DNA from: Octopus sinensis
Lineage: Eukaryota
Reading direction: 5' to 3'
Assembly (NCBI RefSeq): GCF_006345805.1
Contig: NC_042999.1
Coordinates: 102,982,001 to 103,046,000, forward strand
Length of the DNA: 64,000 nucleotides
Shown: positions 1-12,541 of the stretch, one piece after another
Position numbering within the stretch: position 1 is the first letter of the stretch
Layout of the letters: every line of letters begins with the position of its first letter
The notes under the pieces: model-generated
What the model was told of the DNA's origin: nothing
Seen by the model: the letters and a program-made list of their open reading frames with translations, nothing else
Databases searched by the model: none
Made by a program: the position numbers and the translations under genes

Positions 1-98
<98 letters not shown>
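1..98. repeat. (CTAT)n microsatellite
   Basis: Pure CTAT tetramer run from the window start. Confidence 0.98.
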
Positions 99-283
99 CT
101 ATATATATCCAATATATGATAAAATCTTCGAAAAATTTTTATCAATGGCCAGCATATTAAAAAAATACCTTTGAAGGTTAAATTTATAAACAACTTATAA
201 GGAAGGACAAAAGAAAAAATTTAACTGTGCCCCACATATAATAATCATTGAAATTTTTTCTTTTTCCCTGTTTATAAGTTGTA

Positions 284-297
284 TATATATATATATA

Positions 298-345
<48 letters not shown>

Positions 346-418
346 TATATATACAACTAGTAGGAATATACGGAAATATATGAACGTATATGTATATATA
401 TATATATATATGTATATG

Positions 419-467
<49 letters not shown>

Positions 468-599
468 TATATGTATATGTATATATATGTATAGAAATGT
501 ATGGGTGTTAGTAGGAATATACGCATGTATGTGAGTGCGTGTATTTACGTGCGTGTATATGTATGTGTATGTATATGTGTATGTGTATGTGTGTGGATA

Positions 600-660
<61 letters not shown>
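284..660. repeat. Compound (TA)n/(TATG)n microsatellite
   Basis: Directly visible; source of the spurious Y/I-rich ORFs at 272-695. Confidence 0.95.
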
Positions 661-662
<2 letters not shown>

Positions 663-3175
663 CAACAATTGAGGGTAAAATTAATTAATTATTAATCAAT
701 TTCACCAAGTATTCAGTATGTAAAGGGACCATTATAGGCGAATCAAAATATTACATTATATATAAGGGCTTAGTAAAATAAATACTTTGCCACATACTGA
801 ACTCATTAGAAATAGCAGCTAAAGAAATTTCTTCAGCATATCTAATACTTAAAGAAGATCTCTCTCAGATAGTGTTTGCCTAAACCAACTCACAAAAGTA
901 TGGGGGAAAAAAACATTAAAAAATCAAGTGCAAATGTTATTTGAGAACGTACGTTTCTAGATTAGTCAATTCGACATTTCTTTCTTCAGCTCAGAATTCC
1001 TTGAATCGGATTTGGGAACACTGAAAGTCGGGAGCATACCCTTTCGGCTTCTAATCACCTCTAGAATTCTGCTCGAACTAAAAGTGCTATCAAATTCGAA
1101 TATGCAAGCGAAGAATTTCTGCTCTCCCCTTTCCACCAGCGTGGTTAAAATTGACAAACACCATGTATTAACGGTGAAAACCTCAGCATTTAGCAGAGAG
1201 AGATGAATTATAATTTCAACAATTGAGGGTAAAATTAATTAATTATTAATCAATTTCACCAAGTATTCAGTATGTAAAGGGACCATTATAGGCGAATTCA
1301 AAATATACATTATATAAAGGGCTTAGTAAAATAAATTACTTTGCCACATACTGAACTCATTAGAAATAGCAGCTAAAGAAATTTCTTCAGCTATTTCTAA
1401 TACTTAAAGAAGATCTCTCTCAGATAGTGTTTGCCTAAACCAACTCACACAAGTATGGGGGAAAAAACATTAAAAAATCAAGTGCAAAGGTTATTTGAGA
1501 ACGTACGTTTCTAGATTAGTCAATTCGTCATTTCTTTCTTCAGCTCAAAATTTCTTGAATCGGATTTGGGAACACTGAAAGTCGGGAGCATACCCTTCGG
1601 CTTCTAATCACCTCTAGAATTCTGCTCGAACTAAAAGTGCTATCAAATTCGAATATGCAAGCGAAGAATTTCTGCTCTCCCCTTTCCACCAGCGTGGGTT
1701 AAAATTGACAAACACCATGTATTAACGGTGAAAACCTCATTCATTTAGCAGAGAGAGATGAATTATATTTCAACAATTGAGGGTAAAATTAATTAATTAT
1801 TAATCAATTCACCAAGTATTCAGTATGTAAAGGGACCATTATAGGCGAATTCAAAATATTACATTATATATAAGGGTTAGTAAAATAAATTACTTTGCCA
1901 CATACTGAACTCATTAGAAATAGCAGCTAAAGAAATTTCTTCAGCTATATCTAATACTTAAAGAAGATCTCTCTCAGAGTGTTTGCCTAAACCAACTCAC
2001 AAAAGTATGGGGGAAAAAACATTAAAAAATCAAGTGCAAATGTTATTTGAGAACGTACGTTTCTAGATTAGTCAATTCGACATTTCTTTCTTCAGCTCAG
2101 AATTCCTTGAATCGGATTGGGAACACTGAAAGTCGGGAGCATTTACTTTCGGCTTCTAATCACCTCTAGAATTCTGCTCGAACTAAAAGTGCTATCAAAT
2201 TCGAATATGCAAGCGAAGAATTTGGCTTTCCCCTTTCCACCAGCGGGTTAAAATTGACAACACCATGTATTAACGGTGAAAACCTCAGCATTTAGCAGAG
2301 AGAGATGAATTATAATTTCAACAATTGAGGGTAAAATTAATTAATTATTAATCAATTTCACCAAGTATTCAGTATGTAAAGGGACCATTATAGGCGAATT
2401 CAAAATATTACATTATATATAAGGGCTTAGTAAAATAAATTACTTTGCCACATACTGAACTCATTAGAAATAGCAGCTAAAGAAATTTCTTCAGCTATTT
2501 CTAATACTTAAAGAAGATCTCTCTCAGATAGTGTTTGCCTAAACCAACTCACACAAGTATGGGGGAAAAAACATTAAAAAATCAAGTGCAAAGGTTATTT
2601 GAGAACGTACGTTTCTAGATTAGTCAATTCGTCATTTCTTTCTTCAGCTCAAAATTTCTTGAATCGGATTTGGGAACACTGAAAGTCGGGAGCATACCCT
2701 TTCGGCTTCTAATCACCTCTAGAATTCTGCTCGAACTAAAAGTGCTATCAAATTCGAATATGCAAGCGAAGAATTTCTGCTCTCCCCTTTCCACCAGCGT
2801 GGGTTAAAATTGACAAACACCATGTATTAACGGTGAAAACCTCAGCATTTAGCAGAGAGAGATGAATTATAATTTCAACAATTGAGGGTAAAATTAATTA
2901 ATTATTAATCAATTTCACCAAGTATTCAGTATGTAAAGGGACCATTATAGGCGAATTCAAAATATTACATTATATATAAGGGCTTAGTAAAATAAATTAC
3001 TTTGCCACATACTGAACTCATTAGAAATAGCAGCTAAAGAAATTTCTTCAGCTATTTCTAATACTTAAAGAAGATCTCTCTCAGATAGTGTTTGCCTAAA
3101 CCAACTCACAAAAGTATGGGGGAAAAAACATTAAAAAATCAAGTGCAAAGGTTAATTTGAGAACGTACGTTTCTA
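661..3175 (-). repeat. Head-to-tail array of ~554-bp units (4.5 copies), probably PLE pLTR-derived or retrozyme-like
   Basis: Units start at ttcaacaattgaggg at 661, 1215, 1769, 2317 and 2874. Each carries a minus-strand hammerhead-like motif overlapping the stop of a short ORF ending LKKEMSN. Confidence 0.9.
940..995 (-). ncRNA. Hammerhead-like motif, array unit 1 (also 1494-1549, 2046-2101, 2598-2653; truncated at 3156-3175)
   Basis: Minus strand: UGAG-CUGAAGA-[A AGA AAU GUC GAAUU GAC UAA UCU A]-GAA-ACGUACGU-U-CUCA. Canonical core, palindromic stem III, GUU site; stem II imperfect. Confidence 0.5.
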
Positions 3176-3346
3176 ATTTTTTAATGTTTTTTCCCCCATA
3201 CTTTTGTGAGTTGGTTTAGGCAAACACTATCTGAGAGAGATCTTCTTTAAGTATTAGAAATAGCTGAAGAAATTTCTTAGCTGCTATTTCTAATGAGTTC
3301 AGTATGTTGCAAAGTAATTTATTTTACTAAGCCCTTATATATAATG

Positions 3347-3353
<7 letters not shown>
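3176..3353 (+). repeat. Inverted (fold-back) copy of part of the array unit
   Basis: Reverse complement of 2961-3139, with a 36-nt spacer at 3140-3175. Confidence 0.95.
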
Positions 3354-3408
<55 letters not shown>

Positions 3409-4107
3409 ATATATATATGTGTGTGTACGCTTGTGTGTTTACGTATATGTAGGTACGTAGAGTTATGTGTGTATGTATGTATGTATATATACATATGTGT
3501 AAATAGGTATATATGTGTATGTTTATATGTATGTATCCGTCTGTATAATGGGTAACTGCATGTATATATATTTATTATTTATTATTTGAGTATGCATGTA
3601 TGTATATATGTATATGTTTGTATGCATGTATGTATTTATGTATATAAGGAGGCGCGTGTGTGTGTGTATGTGTATGCATATGTATAAACATATGTATACA
3701 TTTATGCATGTATGTACTTATGTGTATATATAGATGCGCGTGTGTGTGTATATGTGTATGCATGTGTGTATGTATATGTATGTGTACATATGTATATATA
3801 CACATATGTGTATATATATGTGTATGTGTATGTATGTGTATATGTGTATGGGTATATATATGTATATGCATGTATGTATGTGTATGTGTGCACATGTATG
3901 GACTTGTTGGGTTTCTTTTTTATATATGTAGATAGATGTGTGTGCGTGTGTATTAGTATGTGCTTGTGTATATATACGTGTATGTATATGTATAGATATA
4001 TGGATGTATGGGTATGTAGGTATGTATATGACTGATGTAAGTATATGTGTGTGTATGTATATGTAGGTATGCGCGTACGTGTATGTATGTGTGTATATAT
4101 GTATATG

Positions 4108-4160
<53 letters not shown>

Positions 4161-4420
4161 ATATATATGTATGTGTATGTATGTGTATGTATGTGTATAT
4201 GTATATGTATATATATTTATTTGTGTATATGTATGGACTAGTCTTCTGTGGGTGTATAGATGTATGTATGTGTATGTGTGTAGATATGAATTTGTAGGTA
4301 CGTGTACGTATGTGTATATACGTGCATGTATGTAGATGTATGTATGAATATAACACGTGCGTGTGTGTATGTATATGAGTGTACGTGTTAGTGTGTGTGT
4401 GCGTGTGTGAGTGTTTGTGT
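3354..4420. repeat. Compound (TA)/(TG)/(TATG) low-complexity tract
   Basis: Directly visible; the ORFs here are repeat translations. Confidence 0.93.
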
Positions 4421-4840
4421 TCGTATCAGTGAGTAGAAAGATAGAAAGGAAGGGAGTAGGGCAATAAATGGACTCTTTAGACTATCCCTTGGGACGACAT
4501 CACTTCAGTGCTGGGCTGGCTGACCGAGGTCAAGATAAAAATAAAAATAAAAACAAAAGTAAAATAAAATTAAATTAAGGGAATAAATGTGTGTGTATGT
4601 GTGTGCATGTATATGCATATGTATGTGTGTGTGTGTATATATATGTTCGTGTGAAATTTACTATGATGATTCGGTGTCTGACTGAAGATTGAAGGCTTCG
4701 AATGATTTGTCTGTGTTCCGTGTTCGTCCCTTCCTGTATTTCACGTTCATTATATATAAAAACATTCATTTATATATGTATAGGTATGTATGTGTATGTA
4801 TGTATATATATGTGTATATGGGTGTGTGTATATATATGTG

Positions 4841-4875
<35 letters not shown>

Positions 4876-5016
4876 ATATGGGAGCGTGTGTGTATATGGG
4901 TGTATGTGTGTATGTGTACGTATGTGTATGTGTATATATGTATATGTCTATGTATGTATATATGTGTGTATATGTATGTATGTATATGTATACATGGGTG
5001 TATGTGTGTGTGTATG

Positions 5017-5080
<64 letters not shown>

Positions 5081-5114
5081 TATATATGTATATGTATGTA
5101 TATATATGTATATG

Positions 5115-5460
5115 TGTAAGAGTCTCCTTATTTACCTAAAACTCTATTTTTCTATTTATTCTTTTATTCTTTTATTTATTCTTTTATGTACTTTACCACC
5201 GATTCCTTTGACCACTCCCCTAAGAATGATAGTTTGCGCCATGCCTACCCCAAAAAGTCCCCCACCACCACCCCTTTAAACCTGCCTAAATGTATAAATG
5301 CCAAAACTACTCTTGTCACCTAGCTTCCTGATGATTTCTTTTGAATGAAACAGTTCTAGTCCTGTAGAAGCTCCTTCTATAAAATAAATTAATTTACTCT
5401 GCTATGTATTGAGTACCTTATTTACTGTGGTTAACCCCGACTCAACCCGGGGCCTACATA
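5115..5460 (+). mobile_element. Short HHR-containing repeat (solo pLTR-like) between microsatellites
   Basis: About 345 bp of higher-complexity DNA with short terminal redundancy (gagt..ccttattt near 5120 and 5412) and an internal HHR. Confidence 0.6.
5322..5372 (+). ncRNA. Type I hammerhead ribozyme, near canonical
   Basis: AGCUUC-CUGAUGA-U UUC UUUU GAA U-GAA-ACAG UUCUAGUC CUGU-A-GAAGCU: 6-bp stem I, 4-bp stem III, GUA cleavage site after 5366. Confidence 0.85.
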
Positions 5461-5713
5461 TATATATATATACTGTGCTTGCCTTTGTTTCATAGTATTG
5501 AACGGGTAAAAGATGACTCTCCAGCTGATCAATATGTACCTTTATGCTACATAATATTTCCAGATGATTTTATTGATTTTGGGGGAAAAAGAATTAAAAC
5601 TTTGTCCACACAAGGCATGCATCTTGTGAATTCAGGAAATGCGTATTTAAGACGGATAAACCTGCAATTAAATGTCATATCCACCAACGCATCTCTCACC
5701 AACGCATCGGACG

Positions 5714-5895
5714 ATGCGTTGTGTTCTTGAGCAAAACATTTCATTTCACGTTGCTTCAGTCCCCCTTTGATCAGTGGGGAATGTTGGTCTACAAAACTGG
5801 CCAGCGGGGTGGCGTCTTTCGAAGGCTAAAACATTGCAAAGCGTATTGTGACCAGCGATGTTTAACATCTGATAACCTGATCGGTTACGGCTTCT
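5714..5895 (+). mobile_element. SINE family C fragment (5' head lost)
   Basis: gcgttgtgttcttgagcaaaacatttcatttcacgttgc matches the body of the SINE at 20364-20691. Confidence 0.65.
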
Positions 5896-6057
5896 ATATA
5901 TATATATATATATAAAGGAAAAGAATTGTAGTTTCCCACTGTGTGATCTATACACTTAACTAATATGGAATAGAATTATTCATTAAAAAGTTTGTACTGC
6001 TACTCGGAATTTTTTCTTTTTCACTTCGCCAGTGATATTGACCTACTCACAGACTCA

Positions 6058-6058
6058 C

Positions 6059-6140
<82 letters not shown>
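6058..6140. repeat. (CTAT)n microsatellite
   Basis: Directly visible. Confidence 0.97.
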
Positions 6141-6141
<1 letters not shown>

Positions 6142-6916
6142 CATACATATGTGTGTGTTTGTGTGTACATATATATACATACAAGCATACACTCATACGT
6201 GCGCACGCGTACGTGCATATATCACGAGGACTACAAAGCACATTTAATTCTAAGAATGATTTTTTTTTTGATATTCAGTATTTCAGTGAATAGGAAAAAT
6301 TTCCGGTAGTTTCAAAGGAAAATAATTAGCATAATTACCTGAATGACAGATACTGTAAGAAGAAGGATAAATTCAGTGTACTGTATATACTACAGGCACT
6401 CTAAGCAACATTACTGTCTGAATGCTATGAGAACAAATAAGAAGCTGTTATTGTTGTTTATATCTCGGTCAGTTTTGATCAAGCAATCCTTTGATATTAA
6501 GCCTTCTAACAATGGCCATCTATTGCGTTTCTTTTACAGCGTATCTAGATATACAGTAGGCAGGGAATTGTCTTATTTCACTTCCAAGATAGTAGGGTGC
6601 GTTTGGAGGGAGACATGGCTACTTTATCTAACAATTTGAACGATCATGAAGAGGTTCCCTCTTTTTCTAGGGAAAAGCTGGAGTTGATGCTGTTGGTTAG
6701 CCACTGATCAAGTAAACTATCATTAGTATTATTCTATCGTCCCAGTCATGGCCTCCCCGTTTTGTTTTCAGGCTATATATACTACGGACCTTATTAATTA
6801 ACACATATTCTTTTAAGATGTCATCGCTACTTCTAGTAGGTGTACTTCTTGTGGGTTTATTTCTAATAGGTCGAGCGACCAGGTAAATGTTTCTACTGGT
6901 CGATCTTTTTATGTTT

Positions 6917-7095
6917 TTACTTTTTACCGCTGCTATGCTAGAGCACCAGCTCGACTTTTTAGTCGAACGAATCGACTCCACTACCTTTGGTTTCAAGCGT
7001 AGTACTTATTCAATTGCCGAATCGCTAGTTTACGGGGTTGTAAACACGCCAACACCGGTTGTCAAGCTCGCCGGTGTGGGACAAACACAGAGACA
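6917..7095 (-). mobile_element. tRNA-derived SINE family A, 3' half (diverged)
   Basis: Homologous to the 3' half of the full copies at 20785 and 34133. Confidence 0.8.
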
Positions 7096-7124
7096 AAGAC
7101 TCATCCGACCACATACATATGCGC

Positions 7125-7224
<100 letters not shown>

Positions 7225-7751
7225 CACACACGCACACACACATACATAGAACAATGAAGAAATAAGTGATATAGATATCCACTTTATACAGCTCAACCAA
7301 TTAGCGCTCTGATAGAGCTTCAGGAATATAAAATTAAGGAGAAGAGAAAACAAATTCAAAGGCCGATGTATATAATCATTCAATACACATTAACGAAATT
7401 CTCCATGGTATACAAAGTACATACATAGATGCATTCATCTATATGATATATAAAAAAATTGTAAGAATTTATAAATACATACATATACACGAAAATTTAT
7501 AACTATATAAAAATTCATAGACATAAAAATTTATAAAGACATAAAATTCATAAATATAAATACATAAAAATATAAGTCTATAAATGTACTTGCAAAGTTC
7601 GAATGTTCGAATTTTAATCAATGAAAGAGGATGATAAAGCGAATATAAAATGATTCATAAGGAATCTGGAACATATATAAAATATATGTATGAATTATTA
7701 CGGCCGTTTCGAAAAGATATAGGTTGCTATGGGCGAGCTAACTCCAACCAA

Positions 7752-8479
7752 AGCTATACTCTATATTTCTCTCATCTAAACTCGGAAACAAAATAAAAAC
7801 ATGTAATTGTCGTAATAGGGGATTTTTCCCCTTAAAGGATTCTGTTTAAAGAGAAATGCATTATTTAAAGTCGAAGTCTCAACCCCAAATGAACATAAAA
7901 AGATTGACATAGGTAGTACAATTGATTTTAAAAGTAGAATCAGGGCGTATATAAACTCTTTCACTAATCACGAAACAAAAACTCAACTTCACTAGTAACC
8001 TACATCAATAGATTAAAAATGAGCAACAAAGAATTCTGTCTGAATTGGTCTAAAATAAGGGAAGCCACACCATATAATACACACACGAATAATTGCGATT
8101 TATGCACGAAGGAGGCGAGCCACATGATCCGACCCAACAAAAATAGTTCACTTAAGATATCTGACGCTATTATTACCTGTAGACACAAACATCTTTCAAC
8201 AATTAAATTTTTCAAAATTAATTAAACTATAGGATTCTAATTTAGCCTTACTTCATATTATGGATTCTTCTAAAACTTTATATTATATATAGCGTCGTAA
8301 TATACTTTATATTATATATATAGTGTCATAATACATTTTAGCCTCTTAGTATCATATGCCCGAAGAGAATGGTCAGATCAAACATTCGATTTTTAATAAA
8401 TCATTTAACCCACTATTTCTTCTAAAGCTTTAACCTTGTGATTCTATTAACTCTGATGAGAGAAATATAGAGCATTGCT
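7752..8479 (+). mobile_element. Naiad-like PLE GIY-YIG endonuclease remnant with short inverted termini
   Basis: Frameshifted CNCR..PL.G.CL, DIGST..FKSR, WSKIREATPY..CDLC..E..TCRH. 7752-7776 is the reverse complement of 8455-8479. Confidence 0.7.
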
Positions 8480-8539
8480 ATGGGGGAACAAGGGATTTAT
8501 CCCGTGGGCTGCTTTGGGATCGTAAGGACCCTTCCAGGC

Positions 8540-8885
8540 TTAAACGGAGAACGAGGAATCTCAATCTTGCAGCAGTTAGTGCTTGAAATGGATGCAGAGA
8601 CTAACAATTTCTTGGCAAATATTCAGAGATCCAGGTTTCAGGGAGTCCTAGGGTATCTTTGCTTGTTCGGCTATCCAAAGGTTGCAGCATATGCTCCCAT
8701 TGATGTAGGGTCAAGGCCGTTCTAAGATCCTCCACTTGGTATCGTATGGGGTCGCTTCATCTTTGAGGCGCCAAGCATGGCTGACCAGAGATGTGACGTC
8801 TTTCCGAAACACTGAAGGAGCACTCGTGGTCGTACATGCGTTGCTTGGAGGATGTCCCAGCTGACTCAATATATTTCTAGGCTTG
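8540..8885 (-). mobile_element. Second Naiad-like GIY-YIG remnant (different family)
   Basis: Minus-strand YI.SAGTSSKQR..DH, YDTKWRILER..PY.NGS..CNL, SLN...EIVSLC.HF. Confidence 0.65.
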
Positions 8886-9089
8886 GGTATTGGCTGCGCT
8901 CACATTACTAGCGCGTCTTCGGTTGGCTCAGTGTCTGGGAATGTTGTTGTTGCCACCGGTGTTGTTGGGGCTGCCGTCAGTGCTGTTATCATTACGATGC
9001 GTGGATCCAGCGATTCCACTGTCGGTGTGGTTGTTGTCATTGTGGTGGTCGTCTGTGGCCTTGGCGCTATTGTCGCCGATGGTGATGTA

Positions 9090-9236
9090 GGGCTTCTTTC
9101 AGTTTCCGTCTACCAGATCCACTCACAAGGCTTTGGTCAGTAGAAGACTCTTGTCCAAGGTGCTACACAGTGGGACTGAACCCAGAGCCATATGGTTGGA
9201 AAGCATACATCTTACTACACAGCTACGCCTACGCCT
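9090..9236 (-). mobile_element. SINE family A, 5' half
   Basis: Matches the tRNA-like head of the full copies. Confidence 0.85.
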
Positions 9237-10300
9237 TGAGTTAGAAGACGTGAGCCCAAGTTTACCCTACGAAACCTATAAAAGGTAGCCGCTACCCTGG
9301 GTTATTGTATTTCGTAAAATTCACTAAATGGCTACGCTCTCATCTTTTTCACGGGATATTGATACTCGATTACCTCCCTTTTCAGGGGATACTACCACTT
9401 TGAAATGGATGTGACTAGATTGTGTTATACATGAAAAATTACATCATTTTAGCATTTTATATAAAACTGACTAGTTTGGATTCAAGTGATCATCTGAGGT
9501 TTAAGCTTTCGCTTGTATTCCAGAAAATGTGCGCATTGTTGTACAGGTACGGATTAAGTTTATGTATTATTGATCTGGTCTAATTAGAAGGAATTATTTT
9601 CCCTGATTGCCAAAATGATTAAAAATATAATTGTCATTGAGCTAAGTTGTCTTTCTTTCTCGATATGTGTTGCTAATTAATATTTTGATTCTAAAATCAT
9701 TAAATATTTTACTGCTGATGTGAATTTATATTCTTAATAAATCGCAAGTAGGATCCAGAAATTAACAGATTTAAATTAAATACACCTGCCTGAATATATT
9801 AACAGGAATTTAATGAATAAGAAACACCTCACACAGAGAAAAGCCAATATGCACAAATGTAATACCACATTTTAACAAATATTGAAATCAAGTGTAATGT
9901 AGTTTGGATTATTAATGTTCCATTCATTAATATGTAAAACAGTCAGCAACTAAGTGTGATATATGTCGTCGAAAGAATAGAATTCAGTTGTCCTGCAGAT
10001 AGAAAGAACTAGGAAGAACAGTGTATGAATATACTTACGGCATAAATATTTTAATGATTAATGATATATATACAGTTGAAAACAAAAATATATCACATAT
10101 ATATGACCAAAGTGAATATAACTGTGTTGGAATTTGAAAGTATAATATGACCCTGGTGCGTAGTAATTACTTATAATTATTTATTTAAAAATATCAGGTT
10201 TAGCGGCTCCTAATTTTGATATATCCCTGTCACATTAATTGGTAATTAGTGAACATCTGTTTATAGCATACCGAGTGCGTCTCAACGATGATTGTATATA

Positions 10301-10353
<53 letters not shown>

Positions 10354-10356
10354 TTA

Positions 10357-11330
10357 CAGACATGCAAGAAGTAAAAAGACACCTTTAATTTTCAAACTTT
10401 CTGATCTAAGCGTCTTAATATGTTTTTAGCGGTGTAGAATTTACAATGTAATTATTCTTTTTCATTCCAGGTGCTATTATATTAAACATTTGCGAAGAGT
10501 AACCATGTCACACAAAAAAATCAGCAGAACTGTCAGATTTTCAAGAGGTCATATTGTTGGGCAACCTGAGGCTGGTCTTATCCAGTGAAAAATTGCCAAA
10601 AACAGCTAGAAGTTAGTCCAAGAACGTGTGTTATATATCTGCATAAGCTTGGGTATTATGGACGAGCAGCTAGAAGAAAACCTCTCCCTCAACCAATTAA
10701 TATCATGAAGAGAAAGAAATGGGCTAAGAAGATGTCAGAAAAATCCAGTTCGTTTTGGGATAGAGTGATTTTCTCAGATGAATCCATATTTGCATCATTT
10801 TCAGACAGTGGACGTCGTTTGGGTCTGGTGGCTTCCCAGTCAAGAATTTGATTTGAAACGACTCCAAACAGCTGTGAAACATGGCGGTATCTCTGTAATG
10901 GTATTGGGAGCTGTCACCAGCAATGGTCGTTCTGAGATGATCGAATGTGTTGGAACCGTAAGCTATGAAAAATACGTCGAAATACTTAAGCAATGACTAC
11001 TTCCAATGTATTCACACGATAACATAACGAAAATGAGTTTTTATTCACGGAAGATGGGGGAACCATGCCGCACATCGAAAAGGAATTAACAATGGCTGAC
11101 TGAAAATGGGATCAAAAAGCTTCCTTGGCCGAGTCAATCTCATGACATAAACCCAAGTGAGAATCTTTGGAGCATACTAGATAGCTATACGAAAAACTCG
11201 AGAGAAACCTAAATCTAAAGATGAATTGTTCCGATTGTTGCGTGAAAAAGTGGACAGAAATTCCACGAGAGACAATCACAAAGCTCATCAGTTTAATGCC
11301 AATAAAGTTTCTGAATTAAAAACTGCAAAG
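10357..11330 (+). mobile_element. Tc1-family DNA transposon remnant (DD34E-type transposase pseudogene)
   Basis: GRAARRKPL, W..VIFSDES.F, VKHGG.SVMV.G and WP.QS.DINP.ENLW motifs with frameshifts. TA-CAG left end; right TIR not found. Confidence 0.88.
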
Positions 11331-12101
11331 GGAATTTTTTTTGTTTTGCTCTTTTTTATAATTGGTTATAATTTTCACCTTAAAAGGTATTTAGAGATTC
11401 AATTAGTGCGATTATATATTAGAGAGTAAATGAAATAAAAATTATATCATAAAAATCACAGTAGAGATACGTCCATAATATAAACAATGTTGTATAAATA
11501 AATAAATATATAAAGTGATCATTTTAAAAGATTTCAGAGATCTTACGATCGCTTCATGAATATACTACCTTTTGAAATGAAATCCAAAGTTGATAATCAT
11601 TATTAAGAAGCACATCTACTCGTCAGAGAAAAAGGTTAATTTCAGTGTAGTAAATCGAATGATGGAGATGGTATTTAAAATCGTATAATAAAGGTGTTTA
11701 AAACGCTATTGGTATAAACTTGGGCTTAAGATTTAAAAAAAATAATATAAATCCATGAAATACAAAATATGTATATATGCTTACATACAAAAAGATCTAA
11801 CTTACACAAAATAGAAATGATATCAAAAGTAAAAGGTGCTGAAGAAAAGTATTACACATCCAACAGTTGCGTCTAGGGGCTCGGCGGTCCCAAATAAAGT
11901 TTGTAGATTGATTCCACCGAGCCTCCAGAAAGAGCTGTTGGATTTGTAATAGTTTTTCTTCAACCCCTTTAATTCTTGTTATCGTTTCTATTCTGCGTAA
12001 GTCGAATCTTTTTGTATGATTGTATATATAGGTTTTTTTGTATTTCATGTATTTAATATACTTTACATATTGATCAGTCAAACTTGCTTATAGCTACATT
12101 T

Positions 12102-12214
<113 letters not shown>

Positions 12215-12474
12215 ATGTGTGTGTATGTGTGTGTGTCTGCGTGCGTGTGCATGTGCTTGTATGTGTTTGTGTGTGCGTGTGTGTGTGTGTGATTTGTGTG
12301 TATATGTACGTATGTATGTATGTATGTATGTATGTATGTATGTATGTATATATATATATATGGTCATGTATCCTGCAATTCGCTGCCCAAAGCCATTCTT
12401 CAGGGCACAATTGAGGGAGGGCGAAAGAGAGGCAGAGAGAGAAAATCTTGTTTGGACAACACAAAAGATTGGAC

Positions 12475-12541
<67 letters not shown>

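Noticed and set aside
109-148. Possible hammerhead relic on the minus strand (CCA-UUGAUAA-hairpin-...UGG)
   Set aside because: The GAAA segment is absent, so it is too degenerate to call.
661-3175. CRISPR-like or coding tandem repeat reading of the array
   Set aside because: Units are 554 bp with no repeat-spacer structure, and the longest ORF is 63 aa and disrupted between copies.
4660-4710. ATGATGA..CTGA (C/D snoRNA-like) and CTGAAGA..CGAA (HHR-like)
   Set aside because: Boxes are too close for a snoRNA; there is no GAAA and no viable stems for an HHR.
8452-8475. CUGAUGA-GA-GAAA
   Set aside because: No stem II and stem I does not pair; at most a deleted relic.
7790-8885. Selenocysteine recoding, as reported for some Naiads
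   Set aside because: Conserved Cys positions inspected here and at 60330-60760 are TGT/TGC or other substitutions, not TGA; no SECIS recognised.
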